From: Bacteroidota bacterium
GTDB taxonomy: Bacteria; Bacteroidota; Bacteroidia; B-17B0; Aurantibacillaceae
Direction: 5' to 3'
Assembly: GCA_046302135.1 (NCBI GenBank)
Contig: JBKCIQ010000091.1
Span: 92-64,091 of the forward strand
DNA length: 64,000 nucleotides
Under the pieces are notes generated by a model. The model had not been told where the DNA came from. It saw only the letters and a program-made list of their open reading frames with translations, and ran no database searches. Shown here in pieces: positions 28,372-38,020 of this stretch (positions within the stretch are counted from its first letter, which is position 1; each line of letters starts with the position of its first letter). The position numbers and the translations under genes are program-made.

Positions 28372-29957
28372 ATAAAAGAAATTTATTTACAACTATAATA
28401 TTTTTCATTTTTATAGAATTTATTTTATCACAAGGAGATACGAATAAAGTAAAAAATGATGGATATAATATATTCTTTTACGATAATGGAATTAAATCAT
28501 CTGAAGGTCTAATGAGATCCGGTAAACCGGATGGATATTGGAAAAACTATTATCAAAATGGAAATTTAAAGAATGAAGGAAATAGAAAGAATTATCTTTT
28601 AGACAGTGTTTGGAAATTTTATACTGATGCAGGAAAATTAAATAGAATAATAAATTATGGATCAGGTAAAAAGAACGGATATACGATTACATATGATACG
28701 TCGGGAAAAATCTTAAGTAAAGAAAATTATAATAATGATTATAAAACAGGTAACTCTTATAACTTTTATCTATCTGGTAAAACACATTTTATCATTCCAT
28801 ATAAAAACGGTAAGATAGATGGAGAAGTTTTGGAGTTATCTGAAGATTCTATTTTAATAGGTATTACAGTTTATAAATCAGGATTTATAGAAAAAACAGA
28901 AAATATAAACAGAAAGGATAAAAATGGTGTAAAACAAGGTAAGTGGAAAGAATTTGACTTAAATGGAAATCTAAAAAAAGAAATGAATTACAGAGACGGA
29001 TCACTTGATGGTTATATAAAGGAATACGATAATAAAGGAAATCTTATTACTGTAGAAAAATATTTTTCAGGAAAAAAAATTGATAATCCAAAAGAACTAA
29101 AGGATATAAAATTTTACAAAGAATATTACTCAGGTAGACAAATAAAATTCGAAGGAGGCTATTTAGATAATTACCCGCATGGTTTTCATTATTATTACAA
29201 TATTAATGGTAAAATTGACTCAGCAATTTATTACGAGGAAGGGTTTGCATTGGAAAAAGGAAAAATGGATTCACTTAATAACAAGACCGGGCTATGGATA
29301 GAACTTTATCAGACAGGAGAATTAAAAGGTAAAGGACAATATTTTAATGGAAAAAAAACAGGTTATTGGAAATATTGGTATCCTTCAGGAAAAGAAGAGC
29401 AATCAGGAAAATTTGATAAGAACGGAAATCAAATTGATAATTGGAAATGGTATTATGAAAACGGAAACGTTTTAAGAGATGAAAATTTTATAGCAGGAAA
29501 AAGGAATGGTTTTTTTTCTGATTATCTAGAAGACGGAAAAATTATAGAAAGTGGTGAGTACGTAGAAGATCAAAAGGAAGGCTTTTGGATTTATCAAATG
29601 GGAAATTATATAGAAAAAGGAAATTATTTGCAAGGCGAAAGAGATAGTGTATGGAATGCTTGGTGGTCGACAACAGGGAAGCTTAGGTATAAAGGTAGCT
29701 GGTTGTCGGGTAGTGCAGAAGGAAAACACATGTGGTATTATGAAAATGGAAAAAAAATGGTAGAAGGTTTTTTTATGGGTGGTAGTAAAAATGGGAACTG
29801 GTATTTTTTTAATGAAGAAGGTGAACTTTTCCTGACTATTGAATTTGATAATGACGAGGAAGTAGCTTTCAACGGTACAAAATTAACCTCCGAGTATGAA
29901 AAAGCTGTAAAATCCATAGATCAAATTAAAACTAAAAAAAGAAATTCAACAGAGTAA
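28368..29957 (+). CDS. MORN-variant (YwqK-like) repeat protein with signal peptide
   Basis: It has many repeats of G.W..YY.NG.L...G.Y..G...G.W (for example GYWKNYYQNGNLKNEG and GYWKYWYPSGKEEQSG). It is ATGA-coupled to nadA. Confidence 0.8.
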   Translation: MNKRNLFTTIIFFIFIEFILSQGDTNKVKNDGYNIFFYDNGIKSSEGLMRSGKPDGYWKNYYQNGNLKNEGNRKNYLLDSVWKFYTDAGKLNRIINYGSGKKNGYTITYDTSGKILSKENYNNDYKTGNSYNFYLSGKTHFIIPYKNGKIDGEVLELSEDSILIGITVYKSGFIEKTENINRKDKNGVKQGKWKEFDLNGNLKKEMNYRDGSLDGYIKEYDNKGNLITVEKYFSGKKIDNPKELKDIKFYKEYYSGRQIKFEGGYLDNYPHGFHYYYNINGKIDSAIYYEEGFALEKGKMDSLNNKTGLWIELYQTGELKGKGQYFNGKKTGYWKYWYPSGKEEQSGKFDKNGNQIDNWKWYYENGNVLRDENFIAGKRNGFFSDYLEDGKIIESGEYVEDQKEGFWIYQMGNYIEKGNYLQGERDSVWNAWWSTTGKLRYKGSWLSGSAEGKHMWYYENGKKMVEGFFMGGSKNGNWYFFNEEGELFLTIEFDNDEEVAFNGTKLTSEYEKAVKSIDQIKTKKRNSTE

Positions 29958-29959
29958 AT

Positions 29960-31696
29960 ATGCTTTCTAATGCAAGCCTACTTCAGCTTTTAGAATCAAC
30001 TTATGATATTGTGTTTGTGTGTGGCTACTCTCCTGTTTTTCATTATGAATATATAAGTGATAATGTTGAAAATATTCTAGGGTATAGGGCAGAAGAAATT
30101 TATAAAGACCCCGAAATTAGAAATAGAATAATTCATAAAGAAGATATTTTCGAATTAAGAAACTCCATCAATTCCGGAGAAAAATCTCATAAAAAAATAC
30201 TTAGATACTATCATAAAGATGGCAGTGTTATTTTTTTAGACACTAGCTATTCTTTAATTATGGATGATAATGGCAATGTTGAAAAAATGTTTGGGCTTAC
30301 GAAAAAAATAACTGAATATTCAAAAAATAACTACAATGATTTTATTCAAAGTCAAGAGGTAAACAGGATTATTCATCAAGATTATGGTGTTTTAAAAGTT
30401 GATAGTTATAAGCATGAAATTAATTATGTAAACAAAAAAATTTGTGAAATCTTATGCTGTTCAGAGGAAGATCTTTTAGGTAAAAATATTAATGATGCAA
30501 TTTGCTGTTTTGATTTTTCTCCGTTAGAAAATGAATCTAAAGAAGAGTTGAGAAAAATAAATGATAAATACGGGAAAACCATTTATTTGAATTTTTCTTT
30601 TACAAAAATTTATGATGTTTTTGGACTACAAACAAATTATATATTTATTATTAAGGATGTCACACAAGACAAGATGCAAGAAATCGAAAACATAAATCAC
30701 AGAAATAAAATTCAAACTATTTTTAATACAAGCGGACACATGATATGGACTGTTTCAGAAGACATTACCATAACATCTTATAATCAAAATTTTTTAAGTT
30801 CATCAACCTCAATCCCTACACCCGCCCACTTATTCGACGCAGGTTTAAACACAGTTAACATAAACAATCCAAATTATGAGTTTTGGATAAAAAAATACAC
30901 AGATGCTTTTTCGGGTGAACCAACTCAATTTGAAATTGTTAACAAGGACCACGAAGGAAACGAAATTTGGGCCGAGGTATTTTTATCTCCAATTTATGAT
31001 AACAATGGAAAAGTGGTAGAAGTATCTGGCCTTGCACACAACATAACTCAAAATAAAAAATCGCAACTACAAATTGCACAATCCTTAAAGGAAAAAGAAG
31101 TGTTGCTTAGTGAAATTCACCATCGCGTTAAGAACAACCTGCAGGTAATTATCAGTATACTTAATCTTCAAGCAAACTCAATTAAAGACCCCGCCGCAAG
31201 AACGCATTTTCAGGAATGCCAAGACCGAATAAGATCTATGGCGAACATCCATGAAACGCTATACAGAAACAAGGATTTTTCAAACATTCAATTTAGTGAT
31301 TACATAAGGTCAATAACACAAAGTCTAATTAATTCATATGGGGAAACGAGCAAGCCAATAAATGCAAACTATTTTCTTGACGCTGTTTCTTTAAATCTTG
31401 ATTATTCAATTCCTTGCGGTTTAATATTGAATGAGTTGGTTTCTAATTCGATTAAATACGCGTTTAAAAAAAATAAAACGAGAAACATAAACGTTTCATT
31501 AACTAAAACAAATAATAAAATAGCTTTTATCATTTCCGACGACGGCATTGGTTTACCGGATAAAATTGACTTTAGAAACACCGAAACACTAGGATTACAG
31601 CTTGTGATAGCTCTAGTTGATCAACTAAATGGAAAAATAGAGCTAAATAAAAAAGAAGGCACCGAATTTTTAATTACATTTACTTTAGAAAAATGA
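29960..31696 (+). CDS. cytoplasmic multi-PAS sensor histidine kinase (HisKA_2-type H-box)
   Basis: PAS-like segments are followed by the H-box EIHHRVKNNLQVI and then the ATPase motifs LNELVSNSIKYAF, DDGIGLP and GLQLV. No TM segment is present. Confidence 0.85.
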   Translation: MLSNASLLQLLESTYDIVFVCGYSPVFHYEYISDNVENILGYRAEEIYKDPEIRNRIIHKEDIFELRNSINSGEKSHKKILRYYHKDGSVIFLDTSYSLIMDDNGNVEKMFGLTKKITEYSKNNYNDFIQSQEVNRIIHQDYGVLKVDSYKHEINYVNKKICEILCCSEEDLLGKNINDAICCFDFSPLENESKEELRKINDKYGKTIYLNFSFTKIYDVFGLQTNYIFIIKDVTQDKMQEIENINHRNKIQTIFNTSGHMIWTVSEDITITSYNQNFLSSSTSIPTPAHLFDAGLNTVNINNPNYEFWIKKYTDAFSGEPTQFEIVNKDHEGNEIWAEVFLSPIYDNNGKVVEVSGLAHNITQNKKSQLQIAQSLKEKEVLLSEIHHRVKNNLQVIISILNLQANSIKDPAARTHFQECQDRIRSMANIHETLYRNKDFSNIQFSDYIRSITQSLINSYGETSKPINANYFLDAVSLNLDYSIPCGLILNELVSNSIKYAFKKNKTRNINVSLTKTNNKIAFIISDDGIGLPDKIDFRNTETLGLQLVIALVDQLNGKIELNKKEGTEFLITFTLEK

Positions 31697-32460
31697 AAAA
31701 TATGGATAGCGTAAGTGTACTAGTGGTTGAAGACGAAAGCATAGTCAGAAAAGATATTCAGAATAGTTTAAAAAAACTAAATTATTCTATTTCCGGAGCC
31801 TGTTCAAAAGGAGAAGATGCAATAGACCTTGCGAGACAAAATACTCCAGATGTTGTGCTTATGGATATAATGCTTAAGGGAAACGTCGGAGGTATCGAGG
31901 CCGCAACAAAGATCAATAACGACCTTAATATTCCGGTAATATTTCTAACGGCTTATGCGGACGAAAGTACACTTGAAAAAGCAAAATCAAGCGATCCTTA
32001 TGGATACATTTTAAAACCATTTAAAGAAATTGAGCTTAAAAGCGCAATTGAAATGGCAATTAATAAACATAACAAGTTTAATGAATTAATTCAGGATAGA
32101 GATCGTTTATATTCACTGTCCGAAGAAATGGTAACGCCTGAAAAAGATGTACTTTTTGTTAAGAATCAGGGAAAACTTGTTCGCGTAGATTTTAAAGATA
32201 TTTATTTCATCGAGGCACTAAAAGATTATGTTGTTATAAATACAACCGCGGCACGATACACTATTCATTCAACGATGAAGGAAATTGAAAAGCGCATACA
32301 TAAGCACGACTTTATAAGGGCCCACAGAAGTTTTATTGTACGCACGGATAAGATAACTACAATTGAAAACAATAATATTTATCTTTTAAATGATAAAAAA
32401 ATAATTCCTATTGGCGGGCTTTACAGGTCTGAACTTTACAAAAGACTTAATATCGTTTAG
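31693..32460 (+). CDS. LytTR-family response regulator
   Basis: The receiver has VLVVEDE...PDVVLMDIML...KP. The C-terminal LytTR region has IYFIEALKDYVVINT...HRSFIV. It is ATGA-coupled to the kinase. Confidence 0.88.
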   Translation: MKNMDSVSVLVVEDESIVRKDIQNSLKKLNYSISGACSKGEDAIDLARQNTPDVVLMDIMLKGNVGGIEAATKINNDLNIPVIFLTAYADESTLEKAKSSDPYGYILKPFKEIELKSAIEMAINKHNKFNELIQDRDRLYSLSEEMVTPEKDVLFVKNQGKLVRVDFKDIYFIEALKDYVVINTTAARYTIHSTMKEIEKRIHKHDFIRAHRSFIVRTDKITTIENNNIYLLNDKKIIPIGGLYRSELYKRLNIV

Positions 32461-32807
32461 GATAGTTTTTCTTTATTTTCTTTAATTTCAAAAACACTCT
32501 TTCTTGATGTTTTGATTCCTGTTTTTGCTGTTAAGTAGAAAGAATTCAATAAAACTTTGTTAATGGCATTAAGTTCGGATTCAGTAGACTTTAACAGGTT
32601 GTGTAAGCCTGACGCCGTTTCCGTGTCTCCAGTAATAAGAGCAAGTCGTCGTGACTGGAGATAAAAGTCCGCATTTGACCTGAGCTCTTCTTTTTTTTCA
32701 ATCAGAAAATTTAATATTTCTTCATCATTAACCCCTTCGTTAAGGTTAGATATTATCCAGTTTTCAATATCATCAGAGGACTTAAATGGTGAGGAATTTT
32801 TTATCAT
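32457..32807 (-). CDS. hypothetical protein
   Basis: 116-aa ORF convergent with the response regulator. No motifs recognised. Confidence 0.45.
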   Translation of the reverse strand: MIKNSSPFKSSDDIENWIISNLNEGVNDEEILNFLIEKKEELRSNADFYLQSRRLALITGDTETASGLHNLLKSTESELNAINKVLLNSFYLTAKTGIKTSRKSVFEIKENKEKLS

Positions 32808-32906
32808 TTAGTTTATTAATATCTAATAAAAATAACACGCCCAACAGATAGTTTTTTAAGCAAGGTGTACAATTATTAACAGAAGCTTGTTAAGCATTTG
32901 GTCTAA

Positions 32907-34625
32907 TTAAAATTTCTTTAAAGGATTAAAAGGCTTGGTGGGTTTATCAATTTTGGTTAAAATAGTTTTCGTTTTTTCAGGGCTTGCAATTAAATCAAGG
33001 GCAGAGGAAATTTCCTTATCGTATTTAATGCCGCACTCTGTTCTGCCCCTTTGGTAATAATACCTTCCCGCAATTTCTTCCTCAACCCAGGGAATAATAT
33101 CAACTTTGTTTTTTAGTATGTCTTCTTTTTTTCTTTTTTCTACCTGATTTATCAGCGCCTCGTATTGAGTTTTTAAATCATTATAATATCCATCTGATTC
33201 AAGTTTTTGTTTTAAATCTAAAAGTAAGTTTTCTGACTTTGGATGATAGTTTATCTTCTTGCTCTCTACATATTTAACGAAATCACCGTAGTCCTCTTCA
33301 TTTAATTTAAAAATTCCTGCGGCGGGTATGGAGCCGTGCCTTTTAGTATAATCAGTTGCATAATTAAAAATATAATTCTCTTCTATAAGAGTGTTTATTA
33401 GCGCGTTGTTTAAAACGGGTTCTGTTATTACATCAGGGTTTATTCCTGCGCCATCATAAACAATCCGACCTCCTTTTGTTTTAAAGGCTGTAATTAAACT
33501 ATCCGGAACTTTTTCAACTATCCCATCACTTTTTCTGTTTGAATAATTTATGGCCTGTATACACCTACCGCTAGGAACGTAATATTTTGCGACTGTAATT
33601 TTTACCTGATTACCATAGTTCAAGGGTCTGGTTTGTTGTACAAGCCCCTTACCATAGGTTCTTTGCCCAACAATTACCGCTCTATCAAGATCCTGAAGCG
33701 CGCCGGACACAATCTCAGAGGCAGAAGCAGAGTTTTTATTGACAAGTACAACAAGCGGAATATTTAAATCAGCAGGGTTGTTTGTTGTTTTATAGCTTTT
33801 ATCCCACTCTTTAATTTTGCCTTTTGTAAAAACAATTTCTGTTCCCTTTTCTGTAAAGAGATTTACTATTTCAACCGCCTCATTTAGTAATCCGCCGGGG
33901 TTGTCTCTTAAATCTAAAACAAGAGAAGTACAACCATTTTGAGTCTTTAACTTTATCAAAGCATCTTTAACTTCTTGCGAAGCGCTCTCGGTGAAGCCCG
34001 TAAGCTTGATGTATCCTGTGTTCTTGTTCAGCATACCGTAATAAGGAACACTTTTAACCTTTATTTCTTCTCTTGTCACATCTAAATTTATAAAGCTTTT
34101 TTCTCCCGGCCTTTCAATTACAATTTTTACTTTGGTTCCGGATTGTCCTTTAAGCATTTTGCTTATTTCATCACTTGTTTTTTTCATCACATTTTTTCCG
34201 TCTACCTCCACAAACAAGTCTCCGGCCCTTATCCCGCTTTTTTGCGCGGCAAAACCCTCATAAACCTCTGTTACCACAAGCCTTCCATCCATTTCCCGTA
34301 TAATAGCGCCAACACCACCATACTCACCGGTAGTCATAAATCTATAGTCCTCAATTTCACTTTCGCTAATAAAATTGGTATACGGGTCAAGGCTTTCCAG
34401 CATCGCATCAATGCCTTTTTTCATCATTTCCCCAGGCTTTACCTCGTCAACGTAAAACGTGTTTACTTCCCTAAACAATGTTACAAAAACATCTATGTTT
34501 TTGGAGATCTCAAAATAGTCGTCAAGCGGTCTAAACGCGAGCCCAAGACAGGAAAAGAGGAGAATAAAAAAAGCAACAAATAACTTTAATTGCCTTTTAA
34601 TAAGATTTTTCTTTAGGAGTTTCAT
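32907..34625 (-). CDS. S41 family C-terminal processing (tail-specific) peptidase with PDZ domain
   Basis: A PDZ segment (GIRAGDLFVEVDG) is followed by the S41 core LDLRDNPGGL, NKNSASASEI and GQRTYGKG. ATG 34625 gives a signal peptide and is preferred over TTG 34667. Confidence 0.9.
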   Translation of the reverse strand: MKLLKKNLIKRQLKLFVAFFILLFSCLGLAFRPLDDYFEISKNIDVFVTLFREVNTFYVDEVKPGEMMKKGIDAMLESLDPYTNFISESEIEDYRFMTTGEYGGVGAIIREMDGRLVVTEVYEGFAAQKSGIRAGDLFVEVDGKNVMKKTSDEISKMLKGQSGTKVKIVIERPGEKSFINLDVTREEIKVKSVPYYGMLNKNTGYIKLTGFTESASQEVKDALIKLKTQNGCTSLVLDLRDNPGGLLNEAVEIVNLFTEKGTEIVFTKGKIKEWDKSYKTTNNPADLNIPLVVLVNKNSASASEIVSGALQDLDRAVIVGQRTYGKGLVQQTRPLNYGNQVKITVAKYYVPSGRCIQAINYSNRKSDGIVEKVPDSLITAFKTKGGRIVYDGAGINPDVITEPVLNNALINTLIEENYIFNYATDYTKRHGSIPAAGIFKLNEEDYGDFVKYVESKKINYHPKSENLLLDLKQKLESDGYYNDLKTQYEALINQVEKRKKEDILKNKVDIIPWVEEEIAGRYYYQRGRTECGIKYDKEISSALDLIASPEKTKTILTKIDKPTKPFNPLKKF

Positions 34626-34693
34626 TTTTATTCTGAAGTGTTTTATAAAATTAGGATTAACCCTCAATTAATTTTGTTAACGCTTTATAATTT

Positions 34694-35092
34694 TCAACCA
34701 ACAAACTGTTTATTTTTTTCTGCTACCGAAAAAATGTAGCTCATTACCAGACCCATTTTATCATTTAATTCACTAAACACAGGAGGCTCGCGCTCTAAAA
34801 ATAAAAATCCGACATTAATACGAAGATTTTTTTCACGAGAAAAAGTATTAAGCGGTAATTTATTTAATCTCCATATTTCTCGTAAAATTCTTTTAGTACG
34901 AGTTCTTTTTACTGAGGAACGTATTTTTTTCTTTGGCACCATAACCATGAATTTTACCTGGCCAGAAGGATAAAGCTCAGAGTCTACAAAAACTTTTATC
35001 GGGTAAACAGATTTATGAAATCTGGTTTTTAAAAGCGCTTCAATCGCTTTTTTACTTTTTAATCTTTCTTTTTTATTAAAGGTTTTTTTGAT
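34694..35092 (-). CDS. rnpA: ribonuclease P protein component, with conserved N-terminus lacking a canonical start codon
   Basis: The core is VPKKKIRSSVKRTRTKRILREIWRLNK. The in-frame upstream translation (I)KKTFNKKERLKSKKAIEALL...YPIKVFV looks like RnpA N-termini. There is no ATG, GTG or TTG between the upstream stop (35114-35116) and ATG 34948. The upper boundary is placed at ATC 35090-35092. Confidence 0.6.
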   Translation of the reverse strand: MKKTFNKKERLKSKKAIEALLKTRFHKSVYPIKVFVDSELYPSGQVKFMVMVPKKKIRSSVKRTRTKRILREIWRLNKLPLNTFSREKNLRINVGFLFLEREPPVFSELNDKMGLVMSYIFSVAEKNKQFVG

Positions 35093-35106
35093 AACGCGAA
35101 ACGTAA

Positions 35107-36189
35107 TTAGCGCTTATTTGCTTCCTTAATATAATGTTCCAGCGCCATAGTCATGCTTGGAGCTTGTGGAGTGGGCGCGTGAATATCCAATCTGTAACCA
35201 TTTTGTTGAACCGCTTGTGCGGTATTGTATCCAAAGGCAGCAATTCTCATACTTCCCTGTTTAAGTCCGGGAAAATTTTTTCTCAACGATCTTATTCCTG
35301 CGGGGGTGAAAAAAACAACCAGGTCGTAATCGAGTTTACCTTTCATGTCAGAAAGGTCAGAGGAAACGGTTCTGTAAAAAGTAGCTTTAGAATATTTTAC
35401 TTCCAACTTATCAAGAAAATCAACAATTTGTTCTCTATGAACATCAGAAACAGGAAGTAAAAAACGCTCCTCTCGGTGTTTTTTTATTACATCAACCAAA
35501 TCTTGGATAGTTTGATGGCCATAAAAAATTTTTCTTTTTCTGTATTGAACGTATTTCTGCAGATAATATGCAATTGATTCGGAAAGACAGAAATATTTAA
35601 CACTTTCAGGAATGGTTAGCCGCATTTCATTGGCCATTCTAAAATAATGATCTATTGCTATTCGGCTAGTTAAAATAACAGCATTGTGTTCAAGAATATT
35701 TATTTTTTGCTGTCTGAAGTCTTTTGAAGAAACGCCCTCTACAGAAATAAACTGTCTAAAGTCTAATTTAAGGTTAAATTTTTTGGCCAATTCAAGATAT
35801 GGCGACTTTTCACTCTCGGGCCTTGGCTGAGACACTAAAACTGTTTTTACTTTGTGTTTCGGAAAAGAAGAAACTAAAATAGGTTTTTGTTCAGGAAATA
35901 GTAAAAGATTATTTTTTTCCTTTTTTGTAAGTTTTTTTGTAGTTGTTTCTTGGCCTACCGATTTAATTACTTCTTTCTTACTAATGGTCTTTTTTGTTTC
36001 TACCTTTTGTTGCGTGTTTAATGGTTTAGTTTTTTTTGCAACGGGCCTTGTTTTCTTAATTAGTTTTTTCTTAACCGAATTCTTTACTAAAGAGGCTTGT
36101 TTTTTTTTAGGAGATTTTTTTGCTTTCACTGAGGGCTTTAAAATCTTCTTTTTCGCTAGGGTTTTTTTGTTTTTTTTCTTTGTGGCCAT
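35107..36189 (-). CDS. uroporphyrinogen-III synthase (HemD)-like protein with about 110-aa Lys-rich N-terminal extension
   Basis: The C-terminal roughly 250 aa (VLVSQPRPESEKSPYLELAKKFNLKLDFRQFISVEGV...VVFFTPAGIRSL) matches the Bacteroidetes HemD-like pattern. The N-terminus MATKKKNKKTLAKKKILKPSVKAKKSPKKKQ... is histone H1-like. Confidence 0.75.
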   Translation of the reverse strand: MATKKKNKKTLAKKKILKPSVKAKKSPKKKQASLVKNSVKKKLIKKTRPVAKKTKPLNTQQKVETKKTISKKEVIKSVGQETTTKKLTKKEKNNLLLFPEQKPILVSSFPKHKVKTVLVSQPRPESEKSPYLELAKKFNLKLDFRQFISVEGVSSKDFRQQKINILEHNAVILTSRIAIDHYFRMANEMRLTIPESVKYFCLSESIAYYLQKYVQYRKRKIFYGHQTIQDLVDVIKKHREERFLLPVSDVHREQIVDFLDKLEVKYSKATFYRTVSSDLSDMKGKLDYDLVVFFTPAGIRSLRKNFPGLKQGSMRIAAFGYNTAQAVQQNGYRLDIHAPTPQAPSMTMALEHYIKEANKR

Positions 36190-36199
36190 CAGGTTAGGG

Positions 36200-36976
36200 T
36201 TAATTAAAATAATAACTAATCTTGGTCAAAAAAACAATAATTGAAAAAATAGGAATTATTTCCAAACCACAAAGGTAAATAAATAATTGAAAATGAGATA
36301 GGCCCCTAACCTCTCTTGAAATAAAAAAACCTTTAATTAATCTTACTAGGTAAAAAATTCCAAAGGCAGATACTCCAAAAACTATTACAGGAAAATCAGG
36401 CAACCTTAGAAACTCAAGACCAAACCCCACAAGTAACAAGAACACCCCGGCAACTTGGGAAATAATTATTATGTTAAAAATATATTCGGCTGTTTCTTTT
36501 TCGGTTAAAAATAACCAACCAGAAAGTTTTAATATCAATAGCTTAATTAAATAAAGAAGCGTAACAAAAACCAAAATAAACAGGAAAAGAAGAGTTCCTC
36601 CTGCGCTAAACGGAATAAACGGGCTTTCAATATTAATTTTGTAAATCAAAAAAGATAAGGTAAACAAAAAAACAAAAGTCAGGCTTAAAGCCCCTCCAGT
36701 AGAAAGACGAAAGTCTTCGCGCTCCAGAGACCTCGACGCCTGAATACTAAAACACGACTTAAATAACAGAGTAAACTTTTTATTAAGATTTATAAAAGAA
36801 AAAAAGACAAGAAAAAGACAAGAAAACAGTAAAAAAGAAGGCCATATTTCATGACCAGGAAATACGCCTTGCTTTAATACCTGCTCGCTTCTATGTTTCA
36901 AGATGTGTGGATAATCGTAGGACTGACTACTAAAATTCTTTTCGGGTAGCGTGTCGGGTATCGTTTTTGGTGGCAT
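36200..36976 (-). CDS. multi-pass membrane protein (DUF4271-like)
   Basis: It has about six hydrophobic segments. A gene of this type next to a HemD-like gene is a neighbourhood I recall from Bacteroidetes. Family name is given from memory only. Confidence 0.6.
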   Translation of the reverse strand: MPPKTIPDTLPEKNFSSQSYDYPHILKHRSEQVLKQGVFPGHEIWPSFLLFSCLFLVFFSFINLNKKFTLLFKSCFSIQASRSLEREDFRLSTGGALSLTFVFLFTLSFLIYKINIESPFIPFSAGGTLLFLFILVFVTLLYLIKLLILKLSGWLFLTEKETAEYIFNIIIISQVAGVFLLLVGFGLEFLRLPDFPVIVFGVSAFGIFYLVRLIKGFFISREVRGLSHFQLFIYLCGLEIIPIFSIIVFLTKISYYFN

Positions 36977-36986
36977 GTTTAAAATT

Positions 36987-37907
36987 TTAAAGGCTAAATC
37001 TTCTAACCACGCTCAAACCAATGTTTACATTACCTTTATCCCATCTCCCATTATTACCTGTTAAAAAGTTTAAGCCCGAAACCGAAGCCGTATTAGACAT
37101 ATTGATGCAAGTGGTAAAATTTTCTTTCGTGTATTGAAAACCAATAGAAAGCGGGTTGGAAAAAGAGAATTTTGGATTATTTTTTCTGTATTCACTGATT
37201 ATGTAATAGTATTCCATTAAAAAACATATCCCCTTCTTTAATAAAATATTTCCACCAAACCCTACAAAAGGCAACCCGTTGGTTTCTTTTTTGTTATTTG
37301 AGGGATTAATAGAATCAAAAATTAGGTTTCTGTGTTGGTAACCCGAAACGAGTTGAAAATAAAACACATCAGAAAACTGTCTAGACACGACTACTTTGGA
37401 TAAATATTTTATTCTGTGCGCAAAATTATTACGGTTTTCTACCACTGTTCCCACAGGGTAAATTTTATCTGAAGAAATCGTCGATACACCTGAACTTAAA
37501 AAAACAACAACAGAGCAGAAATTTCGGCCTTCTTTTTTTTGTTCTAAAAGCCTATACTTTAAATCTCCCTCCACTAATTCGTTAACTTTACTTCTACCGA
37601 GCCCAACCTGCAAGTTGTTAAACATACCATAATAAACACCGATTCTGTAATCGTTGAGTTCATCAAGCCCTAAAAAGGAATGTTCGTTTGACTTGCCTGA
37701 TAAAGTCCCGAACCTTCTTTCAATAAAAATAGCTAAGGTATTTTTAGGAATTATGGACGAGCTTTCTCCTAAAATTATTTTTTCAGTTAGGAACTGTTTA
37801 CCTTTTTTTGTAGAATCTCTATTTATTATTGAATCTGTACGCCCGGAAACACAATAAAAACAACAGCAAAAAACAATAATAAAAAAGTTAAACAGTGAAC
37901 AATTCAT
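36987..37907 (-). CDS. predicted outer-membrane beta-barrel protein (DUF5777-like)
   Basis: ATG 37907 gives signal peptide MNCSLFNFFIIVFCCCFYCVSG. The protein has ERRFGTLSG...LGLDELNDYRIGVYYG and alternating beta-strand-like patterns. Family name is tentative. Confidence 0.55.
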   Translation of the reverse strand: MNCSLFNFFIIVFCCCFYCVSGRTDSIINRDSTKKGKQFLTEKIILGESSSIIPKNTLAIFIERRFGTLSGKSNEHSFLGLDELNDYRIGVYYGMFNNLQVGLGRSKVNELVEGDLKYRLLEQKKEGRNFCSVVVFLSSGVSTISSDKIYPVGTVVENRNNFAHRIKYLSKVVVSRQFSDVFYFQLVSGYQHRNLIFDSINPSNNKKETNGLPFVGFGGNILLKKGICFLMEYYYIISEYRKNNPKFSFSNPLSIGFQYTKENFTTCINMSNTASVSGLNFLTGNNGRWDKGNVNIGLSVVRRFSL

Positions 37908-38020
37908 ACCCAAAATTAGGTATTTTAATTCGTATATATATTTGTTTAAGTCAACATGAAAACAAAAATCATAAACCATAAAAACACAAGATAAATCTCT
38001 TATATTTATCTCTTAAATCT

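Noticed and set aside
34143-34583. Long antisense ORFs opposite well-supported genes (34143-34583, and likewise 35852-36244, 47030-47593, 53257-53730, 27579-27962, 19922-20317 and 9079-9393)
   Set aside because: Each lies opposite a CDS with clear family motifs. The translations are low-complexity (poly-Phe/Leu/Ser), as expected from the reverse of Lys/Glu/Asn-rich AT-rich genes. None has a signal or any motif.
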